From an uncultured Rhodospirillaceae bacterium (GTDB taxonomy: Bacteria; Pseudomonadota; Alphaproteobacteria; Rhodospirillales; Magnetospirillaceae), in NCBI GenBank assembly GCA_903941095.1, contig CAJANN010000226.1, positions 374 to 64,373 of the forward strand: DNA of 64,000 bases. Reading direction: 5' to 3'. Positions within the stretch are counted from its first letter, which is position 1; every line of letters begins with the position of its first letter. Both the position numbers and the translations under genes were made by a program. Below, piece after piece: positions 42,487 to 52,261 of the stretch. The notes under the pieces were generated by a model. It did no database searches. It was not told the DNA's origin and saw nothing but the letters and a program-made list of their open reading frames with translations.

Positions 42487-43167
42487 GTGCCGTTGCGTCG
42501 CCTTGCCGTTCTGGTCGTGCTGACCGTCCTGTCCGCCTGCGCCCGCACGCCGCCATCGGCGGTGGTCTTCGGGCCGCCGCCGGCTCCGGCCGTGCTCGAC
42601 CCGGACAGCGCCTGCCTGCAGGAACTGTCCATGATGCGGGTGGCCTATCAGCCGGTCCAGGCCTTCGGCGATCCCGACCAGGGCTGCGGCATCGTCAATC
42701 CGGTCAGCGTCAGCGCCTCGGGGGCGGCGCTGAACCGTCCGGGAATCATGACCTGCAACCTGGCCCGCACGGTGGCCCGGTTCGAGGGCGAGGTGGTGCA
42801 GCCGGCGGCCCGCGCCCGCTTCGGGCAGGCGGTGAAGAAGATCCACCATGCCGGAACCTATGATTGCCGCATGCGCCGCAACGGCACCACGCTGGCCGCC
42901 GCCGGTTCCAGCGCCAGCCGGGGCGGGCGGCTGTCCGAGCACGCCAAGGGGCAGGCCATCGACATCGTCGCCTTCGAGCTGGAGGACGGAACCCAGGTTT
43001 CCGTCAAGAAGGACTGGCGCGGGGCCGGAGTGCGGTCGGCGTTTCTGCAGGACGTGGCGCGGGCGTCCTGCACCTCGTTCAACGTCGTCCTGACCCCCAA
43101 TCACGACCGCCTGCACCAGGACCACCTGCACCTGGATATCGGACCCCATACTTTGTGCGGATATTGA
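42487..43167 (+). CDS. Extensin-like C-terminal domain lipoprotein (peptidase M15-like fold)
   Basis: Lipobox-like LSAC, GTYDCR, SEHAKGQAIDI, HQDHLHLD. Confidence 0.8.
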   Translation: MPLRRLAVLVVLTVLSACARTPPSAVVFGPPPAPAVLDPDSACLQELSMMRVAYQPVQAFGDPDQGCGIVNPVSVSASGAALNRPGIMTCNLARTVARFEGEVVQPAARARFGQAVKKIHHAGTYDCRMRRNGTTLAAAGSSASRGGRLSEHAKGQAIDIVAFELEDGTQVSVKKDWRGAGVRSAFLQDVARASCTSFNVVLTPNHDRLHQDHLHLDIGPHTLCGY

Positions 43168-43324
43168 TGGTGCGTGCCGCCTTGTGCTATCGCCGTCAGG
43201 TGTTATGATTCGCAGCTGTCCGCAACAATAACAAGCCGAAGAACGCGGGCCGGCCAGAACCCTTTTCAGGGGCGGAGGAAAATTTGAGATCGTACTGCGC
43301 GCCGGCCTGTGGCCGGGCGGGGGG

Positions 43325-45340
43325 GTGGCGTTCATGCTGATCGCCAGCGCCCTGCTGTCGTTGCCGTTGCTGTCGCTGTTCGTCATCGCCTTCGGACGAT
43401 GGGGGCGGGCGCATTCCGTCGCCTATGCCGGCTGCTTCGTCGCCGCGGTTTCGCTGTTTTCCGGCGGGCTGGAACATCTGGGCGGGGTGTGGGGGGCGCC
43501 GTCCCTGGTCCTGCCCATCGGATTGCCGTGGCTGAAGGCGCATTTCCGCATCGACAATTTGTCGGCCCTGTTCCTGCTGGTGGTCAATTTCTCGGCGGCC
43601 GTCGCCTCGGCCTTCGCCATCGGCTATTCGGCCCATCTGCCCGAACGGCGCCGGGTGACGCCGTTCTATCCGCTGTTCCTGTTCGGCATGAACACCGTGC
43701 TGGTCGCCGACGACGCCTTCGTCTTCCTGGTGGCCTGGGAGTTCATGTCGCTGGCTTCGTGGCTGATGGTGCTGGCCGATCACCAGAAGGCGGAAAACCG
43801 CCGGGCCGCCGGCATCTATCTGATCATGGCGGTGTTCGGCACCTTCTGTCTGCTGCCGGCCCTGGGCCTGATGGCGGGTCCCGGCGGCGATTATACCTTT
43901 GCCGCCATGCGGCTGCGCGACATGGGCGGCGTGGTCGGGTTCCTGGTGGTGCTGCTGACGGTGCTGGGGACCGGCTCCAAGGCCGGGCTGATGCCGCTGC
44001 ACGTCTGGCTGCCGCTGGCCCATCCCGCCGCGCCCAGCCATGTCTCGGCGCTGATGAGCGGGGTGATGACCAAGGTCGCCCTGTACGGGCTGATCCGCGT
44101 CCTGTTCGACCTGCACGGCGAAGTCGGCTGGCAATGGGGGGCGGCGCTGATGGTGGTGGGCGGCGTTACCGCGGTGATGGGCGTGCTGTACGCGGTCATG
44201 CAGGACGACCTGAAGACCCTGCTGGCCTATTCCACCGTCGAGAATGTCGGCGTGGTGGTCATCGGACTGGGCCTGGCCCTGGCCTTCAAGGCCGACGGCG
44301 AGAACCTGCTGGCGGCGCTGGCGCTGGTGGCCGGGCTTTACCACATCGTCAACCATTCGGTATTCAAGACCCTGCTGTTCCTGGGGGCCGGCGCGGTGAT
44401 CTCGGCGACCGGGCGGCGGTCCATTTCCGCCCTGGGCGGGCTGCTCAACCGCATGCCGTGGACCGGCGCCGCCTTTCTGGTGGCGGCGGCCTCGGCCTCG
44501 GCCCTGCCGCCGCTCAACGGTTTCGTGTCGGAATGGCTGATCCTGCAGACCCTGTTCAAGGGGCCGGGCCTGCCCCACTGGGCGATGAAGTTCGGCGTGC
44601 CGGTGGTCGGCGCCCTGCTGGCCCTGGCGGCCGCCCTGGCCGCCACCTGTTTCGTCCGCGCCTATGGCGTCGCCTTTCTGGGCCGGCCGCGCAGCGACGC
44701 CGCCCGCGAGGCCGGCGACGTCAGCTTCGGCATGCGCATGTCCCTGGTGGTGCTGGCCGTCGCCTGCGTGGTGCTGGGAGTGATTCCGGTCACCGTCACC
44801 GACGCCCTGTCCCATGTGGTCCAGCCGCTGACCGGGGTGTCGTTCGCGGTGTCGGCCGATCTGGGCTGGCCGTGGCTGTCTCCGGTTTCGTCGCATCGCG
44901 GATCTTATTCCGGCACCTTGCTGGTGATGGTCGGGCTGGCGCTGTTCGGGGTGGTGGTGGTGCTGGTGCACCGTTTCGGCACCGAGGCGCTGCGGCGCTC
45001 CGACGCCTGGGATTGCGGCCACCGCGAGGACATCCCCCAGACCCAATATACCGGGCCGTCCTTCTCGCAGCCGCTGCGGCGGGTGTTCGGCGGCACCGTC
45101 TTCCGGGCGCGCGAAAGCGTGCAGATGCCGCCCCCGGGCGACGATTCCCCCGCCCGCCACAGCGTTTCGATGATCGATCCGGTGTGGGACGGCCTGTACG
45201 CCCGCCTGGGGCTGGCGGTGGAATGGGTGGCCGATCAGGTCAACCGCCTGCAGTTCCTGACGGTGCGCGGCTATCTGCTGATGATGTTCTGCACCCTGGT
45301 CTTCATGCTTCTGGTGGTCGCGATGAGGCAGCAATCATGA
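43325..45340 (+). CDS. Ehr/HyfB-like antiporter-type membrane subunit (NuoL/MrpA family)
   Basis: WEFMSLAS, SKAGLMPLHVWLPLAHPAAPSHVSALMSG, LAYSTVENVG, LPPLNGFVSEW. Confidence 0.9.
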   Translation: MAFMLIASALLSLPLLSLFVIAFGRWGRAHSVAYAGCFVAAVSLFSGGLEHLGGVWGAPSLVLPIGLPWLKAHFRIDNLSALFLLVVNFSAAVASAFAIGYSAHLPERRRVTPFYPLFLFGMNTVLVADDAFVFLVAWEFMSLASWLMVLADHQKAENRRAAGIYLIMAVFGTFCLLPALGLMAGPGGDYTFAAMRLRDMGGVVGFLVVLLTVLGTGSKAGLMPLHVWLPLAHPAAPSHVSALMSGVMTKVALYGLIRVLFDLHGEVGWQWGAALMVVGGVTAVMGVLYAVMQDDLKTLLAYSTVENVGVVVIGLGLALAFKADGENLLAALALVAGLYHIVNHSVFKTLLFLGAGAVISATGRRSISALGGLLNRMPWTGAAFLVAAASASALPPLNGFVSEWLILQTLFKGPGLPHWAMKFGVPVVGALLALAAALAATCFVRAYGVAFLGRPRSDAAREAGDVSFGMRMSLVVLAVACVVLGVIPVTVTDALSHVVQPLTGVSFAVSADLGWPWLSPVSSHRGSYSGTLLVMVGLALFGVVVVLVHRFGTEALRRSDAWDCGHREDIPQTQYTGPSFSQPLRRVFGGTVFRARESVQMPPPGDDSPARHSVSMIDPVWDGLYARLGLAVEWVADQVNRLQFLTVRGYLLMMFCTLVFMLLVVAMRQQS

Positions 45341-46284
45341 CGGCGGTCCTGTGGCAGATGGTCCAGGTCGTCCTGGTGGTGGCGCTGGCGCCGCTGGTCA
45401 CCGGCTGGGTGCGCTGGGTCAAGGCGCGGCTGAACGGGCGGCGCGGGGCGTCGCCCTGGCAGCCCTATCGCGATTTCTACCGCCTTTTGCAGAAAGAGGC
45501 GGTGGTCGCGCACTCGGCGTCGTGGGTGTTCCGGGCCGCCCCCTACATCACCTTCGCCTCGGTGTGGCTGGCGGCCTGCATCATTCCGACCTTCACCACC
45601 AACATCTTTCTGGCGCCGGCCGCCGACCTGATCGCCCTGGTCGCCCTTCTGGCCATCGGCCGGTTCTGGACGGCGCTGGCCGGCATGGATGTCGGCACCG
45701 CCTTCGGCGGCCTGGGCGCCAGCCGCGAGATGATGATCGCCTCGCTGGCGGAACCGGCCATGCTGATGGTGTCGTTCTCGCTGTCGCTGGTGTCGGGGAC
45801 CACGCAGCCGGCGCAGATCGTCGCCTTCGTGCTGACCGGCGAAATCGGTATCGAGGTCAGCCTGGGTCTGGCCCTGGCCGCCCTGTTCATGGTGGCCATC
45901 GCCGAAAACGGCCGCATTCCCATCGACAATCCCGCCACCCATCTGGAACTGACGATGGTGCACGAGGCGATGGTGCTGGAATATTCCGGCCGCCATCTGG
46001 CGATGGTCGAAGCGGCGCAGATGGTTCGGCTGACCCTGTTCATGGCGTTGATCGCCTGCCTGTTCGCTCCGTGGGGCATGGCCATGCCCGGGGCCGGGCC
46101 GGTGGGGGTGACGGTGGGCATGCTGGCCTTCCTGGCCAAGATGTTCATCCTGGCCACCGCCCTGGCATGGTTCGAGACCGCCATCGCCAAGATGCGGGTG
46201 TTCCGCTATGCCGACTTCCTGGGCGGCGCGCTGCTGCTGGGGCTGCTGGCCACCATCTTCCTGTACGTGTCCGAGGCGGTGTGA
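45337..46284 (+). CDS. Ehr/HyfC-like subunit (NuoH family)
   Basis: GRRGASPWQPYRD, GGLGASRE, AENGRIPIDNP, MVHEAMVLEYSG. Confidence 0.9.
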   Translation: MTAVLWQMVQVVLVVALAPLVTGWVRWVKARLNGRRGASPWQPYRDFYRLLQKEAVVAHSASWVFRAAPYITFASVWLAACIIPTFTTNIFLAPAADLIALVALLAIGRFWTALAGMDVGTAFGGLGASREMMIASLAEPAMLMVSFSLSLVSGTTQPAQIVAFVLTGEIGIEVSLGLALAALFMVAIAENGRIPIDNPATHLELTMVHEAMVLEYSGRHLAMVEAAQMVRLTLFMALIACLFAPWGMAMPGAGPVGVTVGMLAFLAKMFILATALAWFETAIAKMRVFRYADFLGGALLLGLLATIFLYVSEAV

Positions 46285-46949
46285 TGGCTCAGCAGTTCTC
46301 TTACGATCTTGCCCACCTGATCGGCGCCACCGTGCTGATGGCCGGGATGGGGCTGCTGTATCAGCGCCGCCTGTTCGCCGTGCTCAACACCTTCGCCTTT
46401 CAGGCGGTGGCCCTGGCGGCAGCGGCGGCCTGGCAGGCCCATGTGCAGCATGCGCCGCACCTGTACGCCACCGCCGCCATCGCCCTGATCTTCAAGGCCA
46501 TCGCCGTGCCGTTGGCCCTGCATTGGCTGGTCGAGCGCCTGGGCATTCACCGCACCGTGGAAACGGCCCTGTCCATCGGCTGGACGATGATCGTCGGCGT
46601 CGCCCTGGTGGCGCTGTCGATCATGCTGGTTCTGCCGGTGACGGCCAAGGCGGCGGCGCTGACCCGCGAATCGCTGTCCATCGCCATGAGCGTGGTGCTG
46701 CTGGGCATGCTGATGATGATCACCCGGCGCAACGCCGTCACCCAGGTGGTGGGGTTCATGGCGCTGGAGAACGGCCTGATCCTGGCGGCGGTTTCGGCCA
46801 AGGGCATGCCCCTGGTGGTCGAGATTTCCATCGCCTTTTCGGTTCTGGTGGCGATGACGGTGTTCGGAATCTTCTTCTTCCGCATCCGCGAGCGGTTCGA
46901 CACGCTGGATCTCAATTACCTGGAAACCTACCGGGGAGACCGGCAATGA
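46284..46949 (+). CDS. Ehr/HyfE-like membrane subunit
   Basis: GMLMMITRRNAVTQVVGFMALENG, MPLVVE. Confidence 0.88.
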   Translation: MAQQFSYDLAHLIGATVLMAGMGLLYQRRLFAVLNTFAFQAVALAAAAAWQAHVQHAPHLYATAAIALIFKAIAVPLALHWLVERLGIHRTVETALSIGWTMIVGVALVALSIMLVLPVTAKAAALTRESLSIAMSVVLLGMLMMITRRNAVTQVVGFMALENGLILAAVSAKGMPLVVEISIAFSVLVAMTVFGIFFFRIRERFDTLDLNYLETYRGDRQ

Positions 46950-48442
46950 CCGTGTGGGCGGCCCTGGAGGCCGGAGCGGCCAACCCCTTGATGTGGATTC
47001 TGGCCATTCCCCTGGGATCGGCCGGGTTCCTGGCCGTGCTGCCCCATTGGCGGCTGGCGGCGTGGCTGAACGTCGCGGCGGCGGGGACCACGTTCCTGGC
47101 TTCGCTGGTGCTGTTCCGGCACCGGCCCGAGCCGACGCACCTGCTGTTCATCGATGATTTCAATATCTATCTGGTGGCCCTGACCGCTTTCGTCGGCTTC
47201 ACCACGTCGATCTTCTCGGCCGCCTATATCGGCCGCGAGACACAGGCGGACCGCCTGTCCGACGTGCATCTGCGGTTCTACCACGCGATGTACCAGGCCT
47301 TCCTGTTCACCATGCTGCTGGCCCTGGTGGCCAACAATACCGGGGTGATGTGGGTGGCGGTCGAGGCGGCGACGCTGACCACCGTGCTGATGGTCAGCCT
47401 GTACCGCACGCGCGAGGCCATCGAGGCGGCGTGGAAATATTTCATCCTGTGCTCGGTGGGAATCGGGCTGGCCCTGTTCGGCACCACCCTGGTCTATCTG
47501 GCCGCCCAGCCGGTGATGGGGGACGGCGCCGACGCGATGGCATGGACGCTGCTGATCGGCAAGGCCCATGCCTTCCATCCCGACCTGCTGAATCTGGCCT
47601 TCGTCTTCCTGCTGGTCGGCTACGGCACCAAGGTCGGGCTGGCGCCGCTGCATGCCTGGCTGCCCGACGCCCATGCCGAGGGGCCGACGCCGATCTCGGC
47701 GGTGCTGTCGGGGCTGCTGCTGAATGTGGCCCTGTATGCCCTGCTGCGCTTCAAGATGCTGCTCGCCGCCAACGGCAAGACCCTGGAGCCCGGTCCCCTG
47801 ATGATCATGATGGGGCTGTCCAGCCTGTTCCTGTCGGCGTTCATGCTGTATCGCCGCGGCGACATCAAGCGGCTGTTCGCCTATTCGTCGATCGAGCACA
47901 TGGGGGTCATCACCTTCGCCTTCGGCCTGGGCGGCCCGGTGGCCAACTTCGCCGGGCTGATGCACATGACCATGCATTCGCTGACCAAGTCGGGAATCTT
48001 CTTCGCCGTCGGCATCATCACCCAGAATGCCGGCACCAAGCGTCTGGCCGACATCCGGGGCCTGACCGCCAGCCATCCGGTGCTGGGCTGGGGTTTCGTC
48101 ATCGCCGTGCTGGCCATTGCCGGGCTGCCGCCGATGGGGGTGTTCATGAGCGAGTTCCTGGTGGTGACATCGGCGTTCGCCCGTCAGCCGCTGCTGGCTT
48201 TGCCCCTGGCGGTGGGGCTGCTGCTGGCCTTCGGCGCGCTGGCGATCCGGCTGCAGGGCATGGCCTTCGGCGCGCCGCCGCCGGCGCGGCGCGTCCACAG
48301 TCAGGCCCGGGTCGGACTGATGTCGACGGTGCTGGCCTATGTGCCGCTGTGGCTGCATGTGGCGCTGGTGGTGGTGGCCGGCCTGTGGCTTCCCGGACCG
48401 CTGGTGGCCTGGTTCGAAGCCGTGGCGAAATTGTTGGGGTGA
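46946..48442 (+). CDS. Ehr/HyfF-like antiporter-type subunit
   Basis: WVAVEAATL, EAAWKY, GYGTKVGLAPLHAWLPDAHAEGP, KRLFAYSSIEH. Confidence 0.9.
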   Translation: MTVWAALEAGAANPLMWILAIPLGSAGFLAVLPHWRLAAWLNVAAAGTTFLASLVLFRHRPEPTHLLFIDDFNIYLVALTAFVGFTTSIFSAAYIGRETQADRLSDVHLRFYHAMYQAFLFTMLLALVANNTGVMWVAVEAATLTTVLMVSLYRTREAIEAAWKYFILCSVGIGLALFGTTLVYLAAQPVMGDGADAMAWTLLIGKAHAFHPDLLNLAFVFLLVGYGTKVGLAPLHAWLPDAHAEGPTPISAVLSGLLLNVALYALLRFKMLLAANGKTLEPGPLMIMMGLSSLFLSAFMLYRRGDIKRLFAYSSIEHMGVITFAFGLGGPVANFAGLMHMTMHSLTKSGIFFAVGIITQNAGTKRLADIRGLTASHPVLGWGFVIAVLAIAGLPPMGVFMSEFLVVTSAFARQPLLALPLAVGLLLAFGALAIRLQGMAFGAPPPARRVHSQARVGLMSTVLAYVPLWLHVALVVVAGLWLPGPLVAWFEAVAKLLG

Positions 48443-48448
48443 CGGGTC

Positions 48449-49969
48449 ATGATGGGAAACATCACCCTGATGGAGTTTCTGTCGGCGGGACGCGAGGTGC
48501 CGGGGCACCGGCCGTGGCCGCGCTATCAGCTGGACGCCCGCACCTGGCGCCGTCTGGCCGAGCAGATGACGGTGTCGAACTGGGAGATCCTGGCCGAATG
48601 GGGCGAGCCGGCCGAAGTGCACGTGCTGCTGCGCGGCGAGGATTCAGGGGCCATCGCCGTGGCCTCGCATCCCTGCCCCGACGGCAAGTTCTTCGCCCTG
48701 GGGCAGGCGCGGCCATCGGCGATCCGGCTGGAACGGGCCATCCGCGACCTGTGGGGGCTGGTGCCCGAAGGGCTGGAGGATCAGCGCCCGTGGCTGGATC
48801 ACGGCCGCTGGGGGGTGCGCCACCCGCTGGGAAAGCCGCGCGAGACCGATGGCGTGCCCCATGTCTATCGCTTCCACACCGCCGAGGGCGACGGGCTGCA
48901 CCAGATCCCGGTGGGGCCGGTTCATGCCGGGGTGATCGAACCCGGGCACTTCCGCTTTCACTGCCAGGGCGAGACGGTGGTCCGTCTGGAAGAGCGGCTG
49001 GGCTATGTCCACAAGGGGATCGAGGGTCTGCTGGCCGGCAAGCCGGTGGCCGATGCCGCCCGGATCGTCGCCCGGGTTTCCGGCGATGCGACGGTGGCCT
49101 ATTCCCTGGCCTTCGCCCACGCCGTCGAGGCGGCGCTGGGGCACGAGCCACCGCCGCGGGCGGTCTGGCTGCGGGCGTTGATGGCGGAATGCGAGCGGTT
49201 GGCCAACCATCTGTTCGACATCGGCGCCATCTGCAACGACGCCGCCTTCGCCATCATGCTGTCGCACCTGGGGGCGCTCAGGGAAAAGGTGCTGCGGGCC
49301 AATCAGGCCTGTTTCGGCCATCGCCTGCTGATGGACCGGGTCGTTCCGGGCGGTGTCGCCGCCGACCTGCCCGACGACGGCGTGCCGATCCTGCGGCGCA
49401 TGGCGCACGAGGTCGGCAAGGGCTTCGAACGCGCCATGCAGCTTTACGACAACACGCCGTCCCTGCTGGACCGCACCACCGGCACCGGCGTGCTGACCGG
49501 CGCCCTGGCCCATCGGTTCGGGGCCGGCGGCTTCGTCGGGCGGGCGTCGTCGCGCGGGCTGGATGCCCGGCGCAATCCCGGCTATGCCCCCTATGACGAT
49601 CTGGCCTTCACCATTCCGGTGATGGCCGACGGCGACGTCCATGCCCGCCTGACGGTCCGGGCCGAGGAAATCCGGGCATCGCTGGGGTTGCTGGATCAGA
49701 TCCTGACCGCGTTGCCGGCCGGGCCGGCGGCGGCTCCGCTGGCCCTGCGCGGCGCGGGGGAGGGGTTGGGAATCGTCGAAAGCTTCCGGGGCGAGGTGGT
49801 CGTCTGGGTCCGGGTGTCGGAAAGCGGCAAGGTGGTCCGGTGCCATCCGCATGATCCGTCGTGGTTCCAGTGGCCGCTGCTGGAGGCGGTGATCGAGGGC
49901 AACATCGTGGCCGACTTCCCGCTGTGCAACAAATCGTTCAACTGTTCCTATTCCGGCCAGGATTTGTGA
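48449..49969 (+). CDS. Hydrogenase large-subunit homolog (HyfG/NuoCD-like, EhrL) lacking Ni-binding motifs
   Basis: PVGPVHAGVIEPGHFRF, GYVHKGIE; RVSGD replaces RxCGxC; C-terminus DFPLCNKSFNCSYSGQDL replaces DPCxxC. Confidence 0.9.
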   Translation: MMGNITLMEFLSAGREVPGHRPWPRYQLDARTWRRLAEQMTVSNWEILAEWGEPAEVHVLLRGEDSGAIAVASHPCPDGKFFALGQARPSAIRLERAIRDLWGLVPEGLEDQRPWLDHGRWGVRHPLGKPRETDGVPHVYRFHTAEGDGLHQIPVGPVHAGVIEPGHFRFHCQGETVVRLEERLGYVHKGIEGLLAGKPVADAARIVARVSGDATVAYSLAFAHAVEAALGHEPPPRAVWLRALMAECERLANHLFDIGAICNDAAFAIMLSHLGALREKVLRANQACFGHRLLMDRVVPGGVAADLPDDGVPILRRMAHEVGKGFERAMQLYDNTPSLLDRTTGTGVLTGALAHRFGAGGFVGRASSRGLDARRNPGYAPYDDLAFTIPVMADGDVHARLTVRAEEIRASLGLLDQILTALPAGPAAAPLALRGAGEGLGIVESFRGEVVVWVRVSESGKVVRCHPHDPSWFQWPLLEAVIEGNIVADFPLCNKSFNCSYSGQDL

Positions 49970-49970
49970 C

Positions 49971-50513
49971 ATGCCCCTGATCCCGCCCATCGCCCGGATC
50001 ATCGCCCGCCACCTGCTGAAGGGGCCGCTGACCATGAAGGGCGCCCCCGAGCCCGACCCTGCCGGTCTGGTGGAACTGGGCGACGCCCTGGGGTTGGAAA
50101 GCCGGGTCCGCCTGGGGCGCTCGCTGTCGATCCGCGCGGTCGATGCCGGCAGCTGCAACGGATGCGAACTGGAAATCCATGCGGTCAACAATCCGGTCTA
50201 CGACCTGGAACGCTTCGGCATCCGTTTCGTCGCCAGCCCGCGCCACGCCGACGTGCTGCTGGTGACCGGGCCGGTCAGCTGGAACATGGCCGAGGCGTTG
50301 CGCCGCACCTACGACGCCACGCCGGCGCCGCGCTGGGTGGTGGCGATGGGCGATTGCGGCAAGGATGGCGGCTGCTTCGCCGGTTCCTACGCCGTGGCCG
50401 GCGGTGCATCGGCCGTCATTCCGGTGGACCTGCACATCCCCGGTTGCCCGCCGACGCCGACCGCGCTGCTGTCGGGGCTGCTGGCCCTGCTGCAGACGGT
50501 GTCGGCGAAATAG
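49971..50513 (+). CDS. NuoB/HyfI-like Fe-S small subunit (EhrS)
   Basis: GSCNGCELE, SPRHADVLLVTG, GDC, IPGCPP. Confidence 0.92.
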   Translation: MPLIPPIARIIARHLLKGPLTMKGAPEPDPAGLVELGDALGLESRVRLGRSLSIRAVDAGSCNGCELEIHAVNNPVYDLERFGIRFVASPRHADVLLVTGPVSWNMAEALRRTYDATPAPRWVVAMGDCGKDGGCFAGSYAVAGGASAVIPVDLHIPGCPPTPTALLSGLLALLQTVSAK

Positions 50514-50519
50514 CGCGGA

Positions 50520-51542
50520 TCAGATGGCGAAGGCCCGTTCCGCCTGACGGATCTGGCCGATTCCCTGGATCATTTCCGAGGCCATGAAGTCGGCGCGCTT
50601 GACCGGGCCGCCCATGTTGGGGTGCGGGAACATCCGGGCGAACGAGTTCATCTTCACCGTCAGGCCGCACAGCACCGACCCGATGGTGACGTGATAGCGT
50701 TCGATCATCGTCTTGACCTGACGGAATTCTTCCTGGCTCAGGTTGCCCCACATCTCGCGGGTGCGGCGTTCGAAGATCTCCAGCCGGCCGGTGATGGCCG
50801 CCGACATGTTGTTGATGGTGTCCTCGATGGTGTCGCAGGTCTTCATCAGGCCGGGATCCTGCTTCAGCTGGAAATGCGTGCGGATCGGCTTCAGCGATTC
50901 GACGCAGGCGGTGAAATAAGGTTCCAGCCGGTCCAGGCAATGGCGGAAATAGGACAGCGACAGGAAGGTGTCGCCGTAATCCTCAAGGAAGCGGGGGACC
51001 TCGAAAATCTCGATGTTCAGGCTGGCGGCCATCTGTTCCAGCCGCTGGCGGGCCTTGCGCACGTCGGGATCGCGGAACAGGTGCAGCAGGTCCTCGTAGG
51101 TGTCGATGTTCACCGCTTCGTCGGCATAGATCAGCTTCAGCAGCGGCCGGGTAAACAGCATCATGTACTTGGTCAGCTCGGTGGCTTTTTCCGGCGACAG
51201 CTTCAGGGCCGAATAATCGTTCACCGGAATGCCGTGCTCGCGCAGGCTGATGCGCAGGGAATAGACGTCGTAGCTGGGCAGCAGGGCCAGGCGGCGCAGG
51301 ACGGCGTGGTCGGGATGCAGTTCCATGTCCGGCCAGTTGAACATGCGCGGCAAGCTGTCGATGTCGACCTGACCCGAGCCGGTCTGGGCATCCTGAAAGA
51401 TTTCGATCACGCTTTTCAGGCGCACGTTCTTGATGAGTTTGGCGCTTTGCAGCGCAGGAGTTTGCAGCGGTATGATCGAAAGCGGCAGGACGAACATGGA
51501 ATCCATGTCGCTGTCTGCTATCGGACTCAGCTCGTCGTCCAT
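50520..51542 (-). CDS. Conserved-looking hypothetical protein (340 aa)
   Basis: Long ORF with host-like codon usage and balanced composition; no motif recognised. Confidence 0.8.
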   Translation of the reverse strand: MDDELSPIADSDMDSMFVLPLSIIPLQTPALQSAKLIKNVRLKSVIEIFQDAQTGSGQVDIDSLPRMFNWPDMELHPDHAVLRRLALLPSYDVYSLRISLREHGIPVNDYSALKLSPEKATELTKYMMLFTRPLLKLIYADEAVNIDTYEDLLHLFRDPDVRKARQRLEQMAASLNIEIFEVPRFLEDYGDTFLSLSYFRHCLDRLEPYFTACVESLKPIRTHFQLKQDPGLMKTCDTIEDTINNMSAAITGRLEIFERRTREMWGNLSQEEFRQVKTMIERYHVTIGSVLCGLTVKMNSFARMFPHPNMGGPVKRADFMASEMIQGIGQIRQAERAFAI

Positions 51543-51690
51543 CGAACCCCGGTGCCCCCATCAATTGCGCGGCCATATTGCCGTGAAAAATCCCGGCGGG
51601 AAACCGGGAAGTTTCAGTATTGAATAAGGGCAAAACCGGATGGCCGGCGGTGCCGGGCCGGACCGGCGCCTCGGCATCCGGCCGGGGCGG

Positions 51691-52134
51691 CTATGCGGCG
51701 TGCTGGCGTTTGGCGGCGCGGGCCCGTTCGGCGTCTTCGGGGGAATAGGCCTTGCCCTGCCACAGCAGGTGATAGCCGGTTTCCTCGTTGCCGTTCTCGC
51801 ACAGGGCCAGAACGTCGGCGAACAAGGGCTGGAAGGTTTCCGAGCGGTGCGATTCCTCGTGTTCAGCGAAGCTGCGCCAGAAGGTGACGATCAGGGCCTC
51901 GCGGTCCTTCAGCGGCGATTCCACCGTCTGGCCGATGGTCGATCCCTCGTTCGAGATGAAGCCGGCATTCAGGCAGACGAACCCGCCGACGAACCCGGTG
52001 TCGGAATGGTAGGTCTTGACGTTCTCACACAGCAGGGCGACCCGCTCCTGCAGGTCGTCGGTGTCGAATCCGGGCTTCAGCAGGACGCGGTTGACGGTGA
52101 TGACGCCATCGGCGGGAAATCCGGAAATCAGCAT
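51691..52134 (-). CDS. Small sulfur oxygenase reductase (SOR)-like/ABM-fold protein
   Basis: GFVG, TFW-x5-HEESHR, E-x-x-Y and C36 align by eye with SOR Cys31/His86/His90/Glu114. Confidence 0.65.
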   Translation of the reverse strand: MLISGFPADGVITVNRVLLKPGFDTDDLQERVALLCENVKTYHSDTGFVGGFVCLNAGFISNEGSTIGQTVESPLKDREALIVTFWRSFAEHEESHRSETFQPLFADVLALCENGNEETGYHLLWQGKAYSPEDAERARAAKRQHAA

Positions 52135-52149
52135 GGCGGGCTCCTTAAA

Positions 52150-52192
52150 AAGAATTGTCTAATATATTTAAGAAACTAATTCTTATTGTCAA
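52150..52192 (-). promoter_or_regulatory. AT-rich promoter/operator upstream of the SOR-like gene
   Basis: Minus-strand TTGACA at 52187-52192; palindrome TAAGAA-N5-TTCTTA (52169-52185); outer aagaatt...aattctt repeat. Confidence 0.6.
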
Positions 52193-52261
52193 GTCGGCGG
52201 CCAACTCTCCCTTGCACCCTGGGGGCGGGGATAGGAAAATGACCGGGCAAGGGGGGAATAC

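Noticed and set aside
43319-43325. G7 tract at the hyfB-like start as a phase-variation switch
   Set aside because: Short run in high-GC DNA; the reading frame is intact and the start codon position is uncertain.
48449-49969. Functional [NiFe] hydrogenase-4/formate hydrogenlyase
   Set aside because: Both Ni-binding CxxC motifs are absent and there are no maturation or fdh genes.
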